A stretch of DNA of 64,000 nt, from the IMG/VR virus record IMGVR_UViG_2693429637_000011; one strand, 5' to 3'. Shown one piece after another: positions 29,933 to 39,224 of the stretch (position 1 is the stretch's first letter; the number at the start of each line of letters is the position of its first letter). The notes beneath the pieces were generated by a model. It did no database searches. It had not been told where the DNA came from and saw nothing but the letters and a program-made list of their open reading frames with translations. The DNA is from a virus (Duplodnaviria; Heunggongvirae; Uroviricota; Caudoviricetes). Both the position numbers and the translations under genes were made by a program.

Positions 29933-30940
29933 TTACCCGAGTTTTTCCAGAATCGCGTCAATTTCAGCGTCCGTCATGCCTCGCATGGCTGCTTCAATTT
30001 CGGTATGGGAAGCACCAAGTAACCGTTCAAAATTATCACCGGTTCCGACGGAAGCCGTGTTGCCAAGCTCTGACGGGGAAGCAGGCACTGCCATCTCCCG
30101 TTCAGCGGCTTTCACTTTTTCTTCCGCCGTTTTCCGGATATCCGTGTTGTCTGCCTTGTCATCAGAAGGCGGCTCACTGGCTTCACCGAAAGCGAGCTGC
30201 GTACGGCGGGCCACTTCGGCGAAACGTTCAGTGAGCGGTTTGTCTTTCCATACGGGGTCATTCTGGAGCTTCCCGTCGATGGATACGGCAACCGAGAAGC
30301 GATCCGGATCGGAGTTCTGCCACGTTTTCAGCACCGGCACGTCATTCATTGCATCAAGAACCGGTGATAAATCCTCACCACCATGACCTTCTGCCTGCTG
30401 TGCTGATTGCTGAACACGGGACTGGAGATAGTTATTTTTACGGATAAGCGAAGCCACCGCGTCACCAATTTCCGGATACATCTCCCTGATACGGGCAATC
30501 TTCTCATCAGAGATTTTTTCGTTTTCCGGTAACGGTGCGGGTTTCATACCGGCCTGGTGAATCTGAGACGTCAGCAGTTCAACCAGGCGTTTTTCTTCGG
30601 CTATCTGTCCCCGAAGAAGTGCGGCTTCCTGTTCGGCCCGCTGCTTACCGGAACGTTCAGCCTCAAGGACTTCATAGGGAATGACGTGTTTACCATCGCG
30701 GGTGAGCACACCCTTCGCCTCCGGCTCCTTCACGTCCTGCGTCTGCTCAGCACTGGCATCCGGCGTCGGTGCCGCAGTGTTATCGCCCGTCTGTGTCTGT
30801 GCTGCCTCATCCGCATGATTTTCTGTGGCGGCCTCTGTCACGCCGTCCTGTTCGTGACCGTCAATATCCACATCCCCAAGTCCTTCCAGCATTTTTTCCA
30901 GTTGTTCCGGGGTTTCTTCACCCGTAAATTCAAAATCCAT
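29933..30940 (-). CDS. Putative scaffolding protein
   Basis: Acidic, coiled-coil-rich 335-aa protein between portal and capsid genes. Confidence 0.45.
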   Translation of the reverse strand: MDFEFTGEETPEQLEKMLEGLGDVDIDGHEQDGVTEAATENHADEAAQTQTGDNTAAPTPDASAEQTQDVKEPEAKGVLTRDGKHVIPYEVLEAERSGKQRAEQEAALLRGQIAEEKRLVELLTSQIHQAGMKPAPLPENEKISDEKIARIREMYPEIGDAVASLIRKNNYLQSRVQQSAQQAEGHGGEDLSPVLDAMNDVPVLKTWQNSDPDRFSVAVSIDGKLQNDPVWKDKPLTERFAEVARRTQLAFGEASEPPSDDKADNTDIRKTAEEKVKAAEREMAVPASPSELGNTASVGTGDNFERLLGASHTEIEAAMRGMTDAEIDAILEKLG

Positions 30941-31097
30941 AAATAACTCCGCATGGTCTGTTTATCGGACAGATCCGAATGGTTGAGTAAATAAGGCTTA
31001 TCGCTGCCCCCGCGAATAAGCGCACCGCTCCCGGGACGCTTATCTCCGGAAACAAAAAACCCCGTACGATGACGGGGTTCCGTTAAGTTCAGGATAT

Positions 31098-33242
31098 TCA
31101 TAGCGGCAATTCATGCATCCGCTGTTGTAGTGTATGTAGCATCTGTTGCTGAAGAGCTTCCTGCTCCTGTTCAATATTCTGTATGCCGGTAATGATTTCT
31201 GCCGTATGCGCCTGGTTGAGCGCATCCACATAACGCTGTCCCTGTGCCGCGGCGACATCCCGTTGTGCGCCAGCATTATCCCGTTGCGCAGCTGCCTGTG
31301 CCCTGGCAGCTTCTGCTTCCAGTTTAGCCACCCGGCCTGCCATTTCGCGCATCTGCAGTTCCTGTTGTTGCTGCTCCTGGGCCTGTTGCTGCTGAGCGGC
31401 CTGCTGCTCTTCCGGGGTCATCTCATCCGGTGATTTTGGTGTCCCCAGCGCCGCACGAATACGTTCGACAAATTCCTGTTTCTGCGGCACATCCAGAAGG
31501 TTAACCCACAGGTCGAGCACGACGGCCTGCACCTGAGGTGGCAGCCCCTGAATAACCTCTGACATTCGCTGTGCAAGCTGTGCCTTAAACGCCGGTGTCT
31601 GCTGAACAGGAGCCAGCGCAATATGTGTATTTAACCTTGAAATATCATTGGTCAGTTCACCATTATCACCTTCAGCATTGAGAACAATGGTCTGGCGACG
31701 CTGGCGATCATCACGATTAATCACCACCGCATGATTACGCCGCTTTTTCAGGCCATCGAGAAGATAAGCGAGCAACAGCCTTCCCACCTGCTGGCAGGCA
31801 AACTGGTAGTTATCGTTGATTTCGGCAAGGGTTGTGGCTCCCTGCTCCACCAGGTTGCTGATCGCCACGCCGGACGATGCATTTGAATCCTGCCCGAGAA
31901 ATGCGGAATAAACCCCCATCGTGTCCTGGATAAGTTTTTCCGACTCCTGCATGACCTGAAACTGCTGGCTGGCAACCTGAAAATCCTGTTCAACCCGGAA
32001 AACATCAGCAACGCTTTTCTGATTTTTTCGGGCCGGATTCAGTTTAATAATGCCATCCGGACGCTCGATCTGCTCCATCAGCTCGTTGTCTGACAACTGG
32101 GTGGCATCCTCGTCCATAATCACGCGTTTGGCCTGAAGCAACCACGTCAGTTTTATACGACGAAAATTCACCTCATCCTGTGCCGGAATGGCCCGGGAAA
32201 TCAGCCCGTAAGGCTCCCCGGTTTTATCCTTCCGGTATCCCCAGAAGGGAACCAGCGGGAACATCCCCTGCGGCGCACTGCAGGGGCGATCCACAATAAA
32301 GTGCGGTCCCACAAACCAGGCTTCACGAATACGACTTACCCGCCCGACTCTCACCTGCACCCGCCCGGATGCCACAGCCACCGCATGCATCAGATTATTT
32401 TTATCAAAGGCCACCACCCGTCCATTACTGAGTTCAATCACCGGAAGACGCTCGAATGTACGGTAATAAACCACCTGAAGCAGCACACGACGGCGTTCAC
32501 GCTGAAGCCATTCGTTCTCCTTACGATCCCATGACTGATACTCTTCCCATGCACTCATCAACGGACTGGGCTGGCCTTCAGTAACCGTGGTATCGACAAA
32601 ACCACGCCAGTCATCAATGGCATAATCGATAACCTGAGCCATTCCCGGGAATGTGGCTTTTGCCTCATCGGTATCCATCCAGCGGCGGCGCATCAGCCAG
32701 CGGCAGTCACTTAAATCAGCTTCCCGGCTGAGCCAGTCCCAGAACACTTCTTTCCGGCTGACAGTAGACACCTTAAACTCAGGCCCGAACGGATCGCTGT
32801 TCCGTCTGACCTCCACCCAGCTGAGCCCCGCCTTGATTTGTTCCGCATAGGCATCAGAGCGGGCTTTATTCATATTGCCAAGGCGGCATGCATCGGCAAA
32901 TTCAGCATTAATAGCTTCAGCCAGTTTTTCAGTTTCATCATCTGGTTCGTCTGACATCACCACCAGATCAGTCCGTGTTTTGGCCTCCATTCCCAGAACA
33001 CCATCAACGGTAGGCGCGATGAGGTTATGGATAGTCATCGGCTGACCGCGATCTTTCAGTACCTGAAGAACTTCTGGTGGCAACTGGTCACCATCGTAAT
33101 ACGCACAGGCCTTGTTTGCGGCATCGCGCCATTTAGGCTGACTGTCAATATCAGAACAAAGCGCCTGTAACTGGCGCTGAGAAAAACGCGGCGTGGCTCC
33201 GTTGTCGTTTTTCGTCGCCATGGTATTAGTTTCATTTTTCAT
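31098..33242 (-). CDS. Portal protein
   Basis: 714-aa ORF immediately downstream of terminase large subunit; Gln/Ala-rich coiled-coil C-terminus. Confidence 0.6.
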   Translation of the reverse strand: MKNETNTMATKNDNGATPRFSQRQLQALCSDIDSQPKWRDAANKACAYYDGDQLPPEVLQVLKDRGQPMTIHNLIAPTVDGVLGMEAKTRTDLVVMSDEPDDETEKLAEAINAEFADACRLGNMNKARSDAYAEQIKAGLSWVEVRRNSDPFGPEFKVSTVSRKEVFWDWLSREADLSDCRWLMRRRWMDTDEAKATFPGMAQVIDYAIDDWRGFVDTTVTEGQPSPLMSAWEEYQSWDRKENEWLQRERRRVLLQVVYYRTFERLPVIELSNGRVVAFDKNNLMHAVAVASGRVQVRVGRVSRIREAWFVGPHFIVDRPCSAPQGMFPLVPFWGYRKDKTGEPYGLISRAIPAQDEVNFRRIKLTWLLQAKRVIMDEDATQLSDNELMEQIERPDGIIKLNPARKNQKSVADVFRVEQDFQVASQQFQVMQESEKLIQDTMGVYSAFLGQDSNASSGVAISNLVEQGATTLAEINDNYQFACQQVGRLLLAYLLDGLKKRRNHAVVINRDDRQRRQTIVLNAEGDNGELTNDISRLNTHIALAPVQQTPAFKAQLAQRMSEVIQGLPPQVQAVVLDLWVNLLDVPQKQEFVERIRAALGTPKSPDEMTPEEQQAAQQQQAQEQQQQELQMREMAGRVAKLEAEAARAQAAAQRDNAGAQRDVAAAQGQRYVDALNQAHTAEIITGIQNIEQEQEALQQQMLHTLQQRMHELPL

Positions 33243-34948
33243 CAGTGAGCCATCCAGTGTGTGGTTCTGCGTTTATCCGTTTTCTGTCTTACCCTCACCG
33301 GCATTCTGGCGCGCATCTCCTGGGCAATCATGTAGCTCATAAGCTGATCATCAAAACAGCCTTCCTGTGCATTCATGGAGCCTTTCGCGTCATAAACGTA
33401 GGTGTTCATTTCTGATAATGTGCCCGTCCAGCGGATCCCCGACAGGCCGTTATTCAGCAGCGTTTTCATTCCCTCAGTCAGGACCGGTTTACTCTGGCGG
33501 GTTGTCAGCCAGCCAAGACGGGGCGTATCGTCGTCATATGCCTGGTCAAGGTGCTGTTCGTTGTAGATATAACGCGTCGGATAGAGTTCCCGGAGTTTCA
33601 GGATAACGGCATGTCCGTGATTGTTACGCTCCGGCCCCACAAACGCGTTGTTGTACATACGGCAGACCTGCGCAATGAGATGAGCGAAAAGCTCCGCATC
33701 GAGATGACCAAACCAGTGGGCTACCTGCTCACCATTACTACATCTGATGATATCCAGCGATGAGCGGTCTCCGTGCTCCAGCCCCTCAGCAGTATCCGCT
33801 CCGCATACATACTCTTCATCCGGATCCGGTAGCTCCCAGACCAGCAGATAATTCATCAGCGTCCGGTGCTGTTCGGCTTTATTCCCGTCACGCAGAGACT
33901 GCGCTTTGGTCTTCGTTCCTGTAACCGGTTCAATGTCATAAACAATCAGCGGTGGCGAACAGAATGACTCTGCCTGCAGCGTGCTTTCCGCACTGAACAC
34001 CCGTCGTCCGGACGTCAGAAACGCCTCCTGTGGTGTTGAGGGAAACTCCTGCTTCATTTCCTCACGCTGTTCAGTTTCCTTGCAGATGTACCAGTGTTTC
34101 TGCTCATCGGTAAGCGTGATGTTCATTGCTTTTTCAACCGCAGAAAAATACGCTGTTTTTTCCCGTGACAGCTTAAGTCCGCTTTCCGGCACTCTGGCGC
34201 TGTATTTGAGATCCTGCCACCAGGCGTAAAAATGGAATTTATAATCCTGTGGCGTCAGCGCCAGCCCTGATGCAGTGATTTCCTGTGCCCGGTTACTCAT
34301 CTCGTAAAAATCGCCACCCACACCTTCAGCAGTGGATTCATCAAAAATAATGCACTCATCAGAGACGGCATTAAGTGTACCGGTTCGCAGCTCTTTCGCC
34401 TTAGCCGGATATTTTGCGCAAATTTTGCCGTGCTCTGAGATATGCAGGCGCTGCACCGTACCTGAACGGAATGAGGTTGCCACCTGGATACTCGAGCCGT
34501 GCCCAAACAGGATATAGCCACCGCTGGCTCCGCTACGACGTTCAACGATGGTGAATGAGGCTCTCAGCCAGTCAGGAAGATGATCAAACGGTACAGCAAT
34601 TTTGGTGCGGAAAATTTCACTGGCAGCCTGTTTATCCTGAGCGACAATCCCGCATTTGAGATGCGGTATGAATAATGCCTGGTCGAGAAGATAAATATCA
34701 ATGGCCGTGGAAAACCCCAGCTGGCGTGCTTTCAGGATAATATTTTTATTGTGCATGCTCCGGAACAACTGGCGCTGCGCCGGTCGCATTCTGAAGGTGA
34801 CCAGCTCACCTTTTTCGTTCTGTATCTTGTAGAGATGATTGAGCCGCCACCAGGGATTGCTCAGTTTAGTCATGATGAACAGACGTTGTTCGGCCTCTGT
34901 CATTTCTGACGGTTCATCACATCGCGGTTCATTCTTCCGGAATGTCAT
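33242..34948 (-). CDS. Terminase large subunit
   Basis: 568 aa; ATPase-like motif KARQLGFSTAIDIYLLD; overlaps small-subunit gene. Confidence 0.7.
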   Translation of the reverse strand: MTFRKNEPRCDEPSEMTEAEQRLFIMTKLSNPWWRLNHLYKIQNEKGELVTFRMRPAQRQLFRSMHNKNIILKARQLGFSTAIDIYLLDQALFIPHLKCGIVAQDKQAASEIFRTKIAVPFDHLPDWLRASFTIVERRSGASGGYILFGHGSSIQVATSFRSGTVQRLHISEHGKICAKYPAKAKELRTGTLNAVSDECIIFDESTAEGVGGDFYEMSNRAQEITASGLALTPQDYKFHFYAWWQDLKYSARVPESGLKLSREKTAYFSAVEKAMNITLTDEQKHWYICKETEQREEMKQEFPSTPQEAFLTSGRRVFSAESTLQAESFCSPPLIVYDIEPVTGTKTKAQSLRDGNKAEQHRTLMNYLLVWELPDPDEEYVCGADTAEGLEHGDRSSLDIIRCSNGEQVAHWFGHLDAELFAHLIAQVCRMYNNAFVGPERNNHGHAVILKLRELYPTRYIYNEQHLDQAYDDDTPRLGWLTTRQSKPVLTEGMKTLLNNGLSGIRWTGTLSEMNTYVYDAKGSMNAQEGCFDDQLMSYMIAQEMRARMPVRVRQKTDKRRTTHWMAH

Positions 34949-35744
34949 CCAGTCTCCCCGAATTACTCATTTCATGCAGCGATGACACGATGTCACTGAC
35001 AGGCGTAACAACGCCCCGACGCTGGCTGGTCAGAATATCGGTTTCCGCTCTGAGTTTATCTCTGGCAGCGTTGGTTCTTTCCCGGTCAGCACGAAGTTTT
35101 GGTGCTGTTTCAGCCAGAACGTCCAGCGTCAGCAATGAGCGTTCAATTGACTCGATACGGGCAATATTCCGGTCAAGAGCCTGTTCAGCTTTGAGTATTT
35201 TGTCGTACAGAGCAACGCGGGTTTCCACGTCAGCCGCCTCTTTCAGGTCGGCGAACATTTTTTTCAGTGTTCCTGTTACTGAAAGTGCGCGGGCCCGGGT
35301 AAACACCAGTTCATCGGCAAGTTCCATTCCGACTGCATCATCTATGAGGTTATCTGCCTCGAGATACTTCGCGTATCCACGGTGTCTGACGGCGTGGGTG
35401 TTACGCTGAGAAAAAGCATTTGAAGGTGGCAAAAGTCTGGAACCACGAGTCCGTTTCGTTTCTGCCAAATTTGCGCATTTTTCATCACAACCATCATCGC
35501 CTGAAGGCTCGTCATGACTGGAGTTGCCGTCAGATTTCTGCGCACTTTTTTGATCATCAATTTGCGCATTTTTCTGCGCACTTTTCTCTGTATTTCTGGG
35601 GGAGTGTTTGCGCAGTTTAATGTACCGCCGAGCCGTGTCATAACTGATATTGTTCTGACGGCACCAGTCCTGAAGCTTTATGCCGGTTTTGACATGTTCG
35701 CGTCGAAATGCCTGCTCCAGCTTTTTCCAGTCCAGCTTTGCCAT
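34929..35744 (-). CDS. Terminase small subunit
   Basis: 271 aa with N-terminal HTH-like LQDWCRQNNISYDTARRYIK; first gene of the packaging operon. Confidence 0.5.
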   Translation of the reverse strand: MAKLDWKKLEQAFRREHVKTGIKLQDWCRQNNISYDTARRYIKLRKHSPRNTEKSAQKNAQIDDQKSAQKSDGNSSHDEPSGDDGCDEKCANLAETKRTRGSRLLPPSNAFSQRNTHAVRHRGYAKYLEADNLIDDAVGMELADELVFTRARALSVTGTLKKMFADLKEAADVETRVALYDKILKAEQALDRNIARIESIERSLLTLDVLAETAPKLRADRERTNAARDKLRAETDILTSQRRGVVTPVSDIVSSLHEMSNSGRLDDIPEE

Positions 35745-36346
35745 GTCACCTTCTGACGTTCTCTGTTAAAAACTGATGCACAATGACTGCTGTAAATTTT
35801 CAGATTTCACACAGCAGAGCCATGTCTGATTAATGTTTAACCTTATTTAGGTTATATCCGCTTCATTCCACTACAGCACCAGATAGGCTGCCTCGCGGAT
35901 AAATGCCAAAGTCTCCTGATATAGAAACCCGTCGCCACATCGAGCGCTGATCAACATTTGTATATTCACTGCGACAGAAAGAATTTATTTTATTGAATAG
36001 TTAGAAATACAGAATTGCATGCTTTATAAGCATTGACGCACACTTCATTTTTAGCAATATATTCTGTTCTCATAGACGATCAGCCCTGCATGCACTGCCG
36101 GACACCGTCGGCAATTTTACAGACCTAAGAGGCAATACCAAAAAGCTAACGCGCTTTATCAAGACTTGAACAACCAACCAATAAAAAAAGCACCAGTACC
36201 GCTACCAATGCCCATTTCGTCGTTGTTCACAGCATTCTGTGTACCCACTGTATTTCGCGTCATATCACCACGTCAGACAATCCTTAAGGATTACATAAGA
36301 TTTACGCATAATAATGCCCATTTTCAACACAGACAAGGGAATTTAT

Positions 36347-36928
36347 ATGTTAAATCAAACGCTAACAAAATCTCTTCTTATATTTTTACTTGTCATAATC
36401 GTTTCTGTATCCATCATATACATTGTAAGAACTCCAGTCAGACTTGATGTGAACGATGTCACTGAGATTAACCAGAAACATCCCATTATTTTTCTCATCC
36501 GGCATGGGGAAAGATGCGATCGCTCCCAAAGAATATGTCTTTCAGCACATGAGGGAATCACAGTAAACGGAGCTAACAAAGCTCAACAATATGGAGATAA
36601 ATTCAGAAGAATGTTTCCATACTACAGTCTCTATTCTACAGACACACTCCGAACAATGCAGACAGCCACTTTTTTTTCGGGAGGTAAGACAGCAACTATT
36701 CCGGACATATCGACATGTGATGATAACGCAGTAAATAATATCCTTAAAATATCAAAATCAGATCATGTTACTGTGATTTTCACACATAATCACTGTCTGT
36801 CCAGAATTGCAAAAAAAATGAATGGATGGAGATTTAAACCTGATTATATGGGCACACTGGTTCTGCATCGGGAAAATCACAATCTGATTCTCGACGGACA
36901 TTTAAAACCAAACGAGCTTACCCAGTGA
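36347..36928 (+). CDS. Ais/PmrG-like histidine phosphatase (putative LPS core heptose(II)-phosphate phosphatase), moron in bor position
   Basis: N-terminal membrane anchor; IRHGERCDRS and FTHNHCL motifs resembling E. coli Ais/PmrG as recalled; AT-rich, opposite strand to late genes; start set at ATG 36347 after aaggga. Confidence 0.65.
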   Translation: MLNQTLTKSLLIFLLVIIVSVSIIYIVRTPVRLDVNDVTEINQKHPIIFLIRHGERCDRSQRICLSAHEGITVNGANKAQQYGDKFRRMFPYYSLYSTDTLRTMQTATFFSGGKTATIPDISTCDDNAVNNILKISKSDHVTVIFTHNHCLSRIAKKMNGWRFKPDYMGTLVLHRENHNLILDGHLKPNELTQ

Positions 36929-37008
36929 TCCATTTGTTGATAATGCACTGGCATTGATTCAGGTTATATCTCTCCTCATAAAAAAGGCCAGCGATTGAGC
37001 TGGCTCTG

Positions 37009-37467
37009 TTAATCGAGGCATTGCATCCTGATGTACTCCTGCAGGTAGTTAACCTGCGCGGTTATCTTGTCGATTCCACTTCGGAGACGGTAATAATTGA
37101 GTTCAGCATCTGCTGTAAGTCCTGGGCTTTCTCCATCGCCCATGCCGCTGGCTCCGGTCGTTGACTTTGCACAGGTGGCGGCGACTTGCAGGCGCTTACG
37201 CCCAGCAGAAACATCAGCACGGAGACTTTCAATAGTCGCGTTAGCATCAGCAAGCTCCCTGGTGTATCTGGCATCGAGTGCAGCAACATCACGCTGGCGC
37301 TGCTGTATGTCAGCAATGGTGGCGTTCGCCTGGCTGAGTTTTGTCTTCGCATCATCTCGCTGCTCTTTGTAGGTGATGGCGTTATCACGGTAATGGTCTG
37401 TTGCCAGCCACAGCGATCCACAACCAAGCAGCAGGACAATAAGCACGCCATACAGCACACGATTCAT
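37009..37467 (-). CDS. Rz: Rz i-spanin
   Basis: 152 aa, N-terminal transmembrane segment then coiled coil; immediately downstream of endolysin region; embedded Rz1. Confidence 0.7.
   Translation of the reverse strand: MNRVLYGVLIVLLLGCGSLWLATDHYRDNAITYKEQRDDAKTKLSQANATIADIQQRQRDVAALDARYTRELADANATIESLRADVSAGRKRLQVAATCAKSTTGASGMGDGESPGLTADAELNYYRLRSGIDKITAQVNYLQEYIRMQCLD
37062..37247 (-). CDS. Rz1: Rz1 o-spanin lipoprotein (embedded in Rz, +1 frame)
   Basis: MLTRLLKVSVLMFLLGVSAC lipobox signal followed by Pro-rich segment. Confidence 0.6.
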   Translation of the reverse strand: MLTRLLKVSVLMFLLGVSACKSPPPVQSQRPEPAAWAMEKAQDLQQMLNSIITVSEVESTR

Positions 37468-37468
37468 A

Positions 37469-37582
37469 TCACCACCAACGGATTGCCCAGACCAGAACAG
37501 CAATTGCCACAATACGAATGGCAAAAGCTGCCGCTCTTGTTAAATCCAGACTTGCTGGCGTCTCCACCTCAATGCCTTTCAT
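37469..37582 (-). CDS. Small (37 aa) membrane protein between endolysin and Rz
   Basis: MKGIEVETPASLDLTRAAAFAIRIVAIAVLVWAIRWW; stop 2 nt before Rz ATG; preceded by hairpin terminator; not in the ORF track. Confidence 0.3.
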   Translation of the reverse strand: MKGIEVETPASLDLTRAAAFAIRIVAIAVLVWAIRWW

Positions 37583-37802
37583 AATGGACAACCTCAGAAA
37601 GAATCTTTTATACTTCCTCACAGGGAAAGAACCTCCCTACCCATAATTTCTCCCTTGCCTTATTCAAGGTCAGAAACACAAAACCCCGCTTGCTGCCAAC
37701 AAACGGGGTTTTTACTTTTACTCACTTAAATTTTGCCAGTTCGCAGGATTTCGTGTTATCCGTTCGCGTTGGTCAACGGCATTTTTCAGCAGAATATTCT
37801 GC

Positions 37803-38336
37803 TTATCTGTCGATACTCCAGCACGCCAGCGCGCTCTCCTGGTCACGCCGCGATACCTGCCCGTAACAGTTATTTGAGCGGTTCCGACAGTCCCTGCCGC
37901 CGTCATATATCCATCGGCGGATTTCAGCACATGCACCTTTCCGGTCTCCTGCGTTCAGTTTCCGGTAAAACGTTGAGGTGAAGCATTTCGAAGGCCCGAT
38001 GTTGTACGGACAGAATGACGCGATGCCCGCTTTCTGCGGTTCGGTCAGTGGCACTCTGATGTTTTTCTCCACCCATGCCAGCGCCTTATCACGCTCAATG
38101 GCGTTAACCCGGTCGCATTTTTCCTTCGACAACTTCATGCCCGGAACGACAGGTTTGCCATCCACCAGGATGGCACCGCGGCAGATAGTCCAGATACCCG
38201 CACCATCACGGTATGCCGTGGTGTGGTTACCTTCTTTTTCGTCAAGAAACTGGTCGAGGATTTCAGGCGCAGAAGCGCCCGCAGCAATCAGCGCCAGAAC
38301 GACCGCTGATAAACCATAGCGGAATTTCCTGCTCAT
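37803..38336 (-). CDS. R: SAR endolysin (GH24 T4-lysozyme-like)
   Basis: N-terminal signal-anchor-release-like segment; catalytic Glu-Asp-Thr spacing (EGNHTTAYRDGAGIWT) as in T4 lysozyme. Confidence 0.8.
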   Translation of the reverse strand: MSRKFRYGLSAVVLALIAAGASAPEILDQFLDEKEGNHTTAYRDGAGIWTICRGAILVDGKPVVPGMKLSKEKCDRVNAIERDKALAWVEKNIRVPLTEPQKAGIASFCPYNIGPSKCFTSTFYRKLNAGDRKGACAEIRRWIYDGGRDCRNRSNNCYGQVSRRDQESALACWSIDR

Positions 38337-38340
38337 CAGC

Positions 38341-38556
38341 TTACTCTCCCCGCGCCGCCTTACGCCGGTCCTCTTTGATTTTGAAATACAGGTTAGTCAG
38401 GTACGTCAGCAGCCCAAACAGCAGACTCCCCAGCACGCCTATTGCCGCCCACTGAGACGGGGAAACCCTGTCCAGCAACTGCAGGAACCAGTAGCCCGTT
38501 CCCACCGCTGACGTGGTGTATGACACACCTGTTGTGATTTTTTCCATCTGGTACAT
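38341..38556 (-). CDS. S: Pinholin (phage 21 S-like)
   Basis: [11 protein letters not shown]...[24 protein letters not shown]...[15 protein letters not shown] closely matches S21; dual-start M..M motif. Confidence 0.8.
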   Translation of the reverse strand: MYQMEKITTGVSYTTSAVGTGYWFLQLLDRVSPSQWAAIGVLGSLLFGLLTYLTNLYFKIKEDRRKAARGE

Positions 38557-38632
38557 ACCCCGTCTCCCGCAATCCGGAAGCTCACAACAATATAAAGACC
38601 ACCGGCACACACCGATGGTCCCTTGCGCATGC

Positions 38633-38878
38633 TTACATCATCATGTCGCTGTCAGGTGTAGGTTCACCGCCATCTGAAGCACTCCCGTCACCCGCGATAC
38701 CTTCCGGCTCAGGAACCGCTGGTACGCCCAGCAGCTCATCCAGAATGGCATCCACTTCTGCATCAAGACGCGACTCAAGGTTCTGGCGAAGTTTCTGTTT
38801 CAGTGCGCTCCGGACTTCTTCAGAGCGCAGGACTTCCTTCACTGCCTCTGCAGTGACCAGGGATGTGATTTCTGACAT
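38633..38878 (-). CDS. Hypothetical acidic protein upstream of holin
   Basis: 81-aa ORF from ATG 38878. Confidence 0.3.
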   Translation of the reverse strand: MSEITSLVTAEAVKEVLRSEEVRSALKQKLRQNLESRLDAEVDAILDELLGVPAVPEPEGIAGDGSASDGGEPTPDSDMMM

Positions 38879-38903
38879 GGGATTTTCTCGCTGAAAGGGG
38901 TTG

Positions 38904-39086
38904 TTAAGGAGTAACGGGCTCTTCGGGTTTGCTTCCGGCTGACTGACTGGCGCTGATTTTCTCAGCGGCCCTTTTATCAATCTGCCTGCACCAGAAATCG
39001 CGCACAGCCCTGTACCCACCCGAAAGAAGATACAGCACACAGACCGCCGTACAGAAGTACAGCATCACCTGATGAATAAATGTCAT
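38904..39086 (-). CDS. Small hypothetical membrane protein
   Basis: 60 aa, hydrophobic N-terminus. Confidence 0.3.
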   Translation of the reverse strand: MTFIHQVMLYFCTAVCVLYLLSGGYRAVRDFWCRQIDKRAAEKISASQSAGSKPEEPVTP

Positions 39087-39224
39087 AATTTCTTACCGTT
39101 ATGGTTGACAATGAGAATTGTTTTCATTTAAAAACCAATGTACGAAAGCATCTTTTCTTTACATTCTCCATTGGGATTACCTCCGCCAGCTTCCATTCCT
39201 GCCGCTGGCGGCTTTTTTTAGCAA

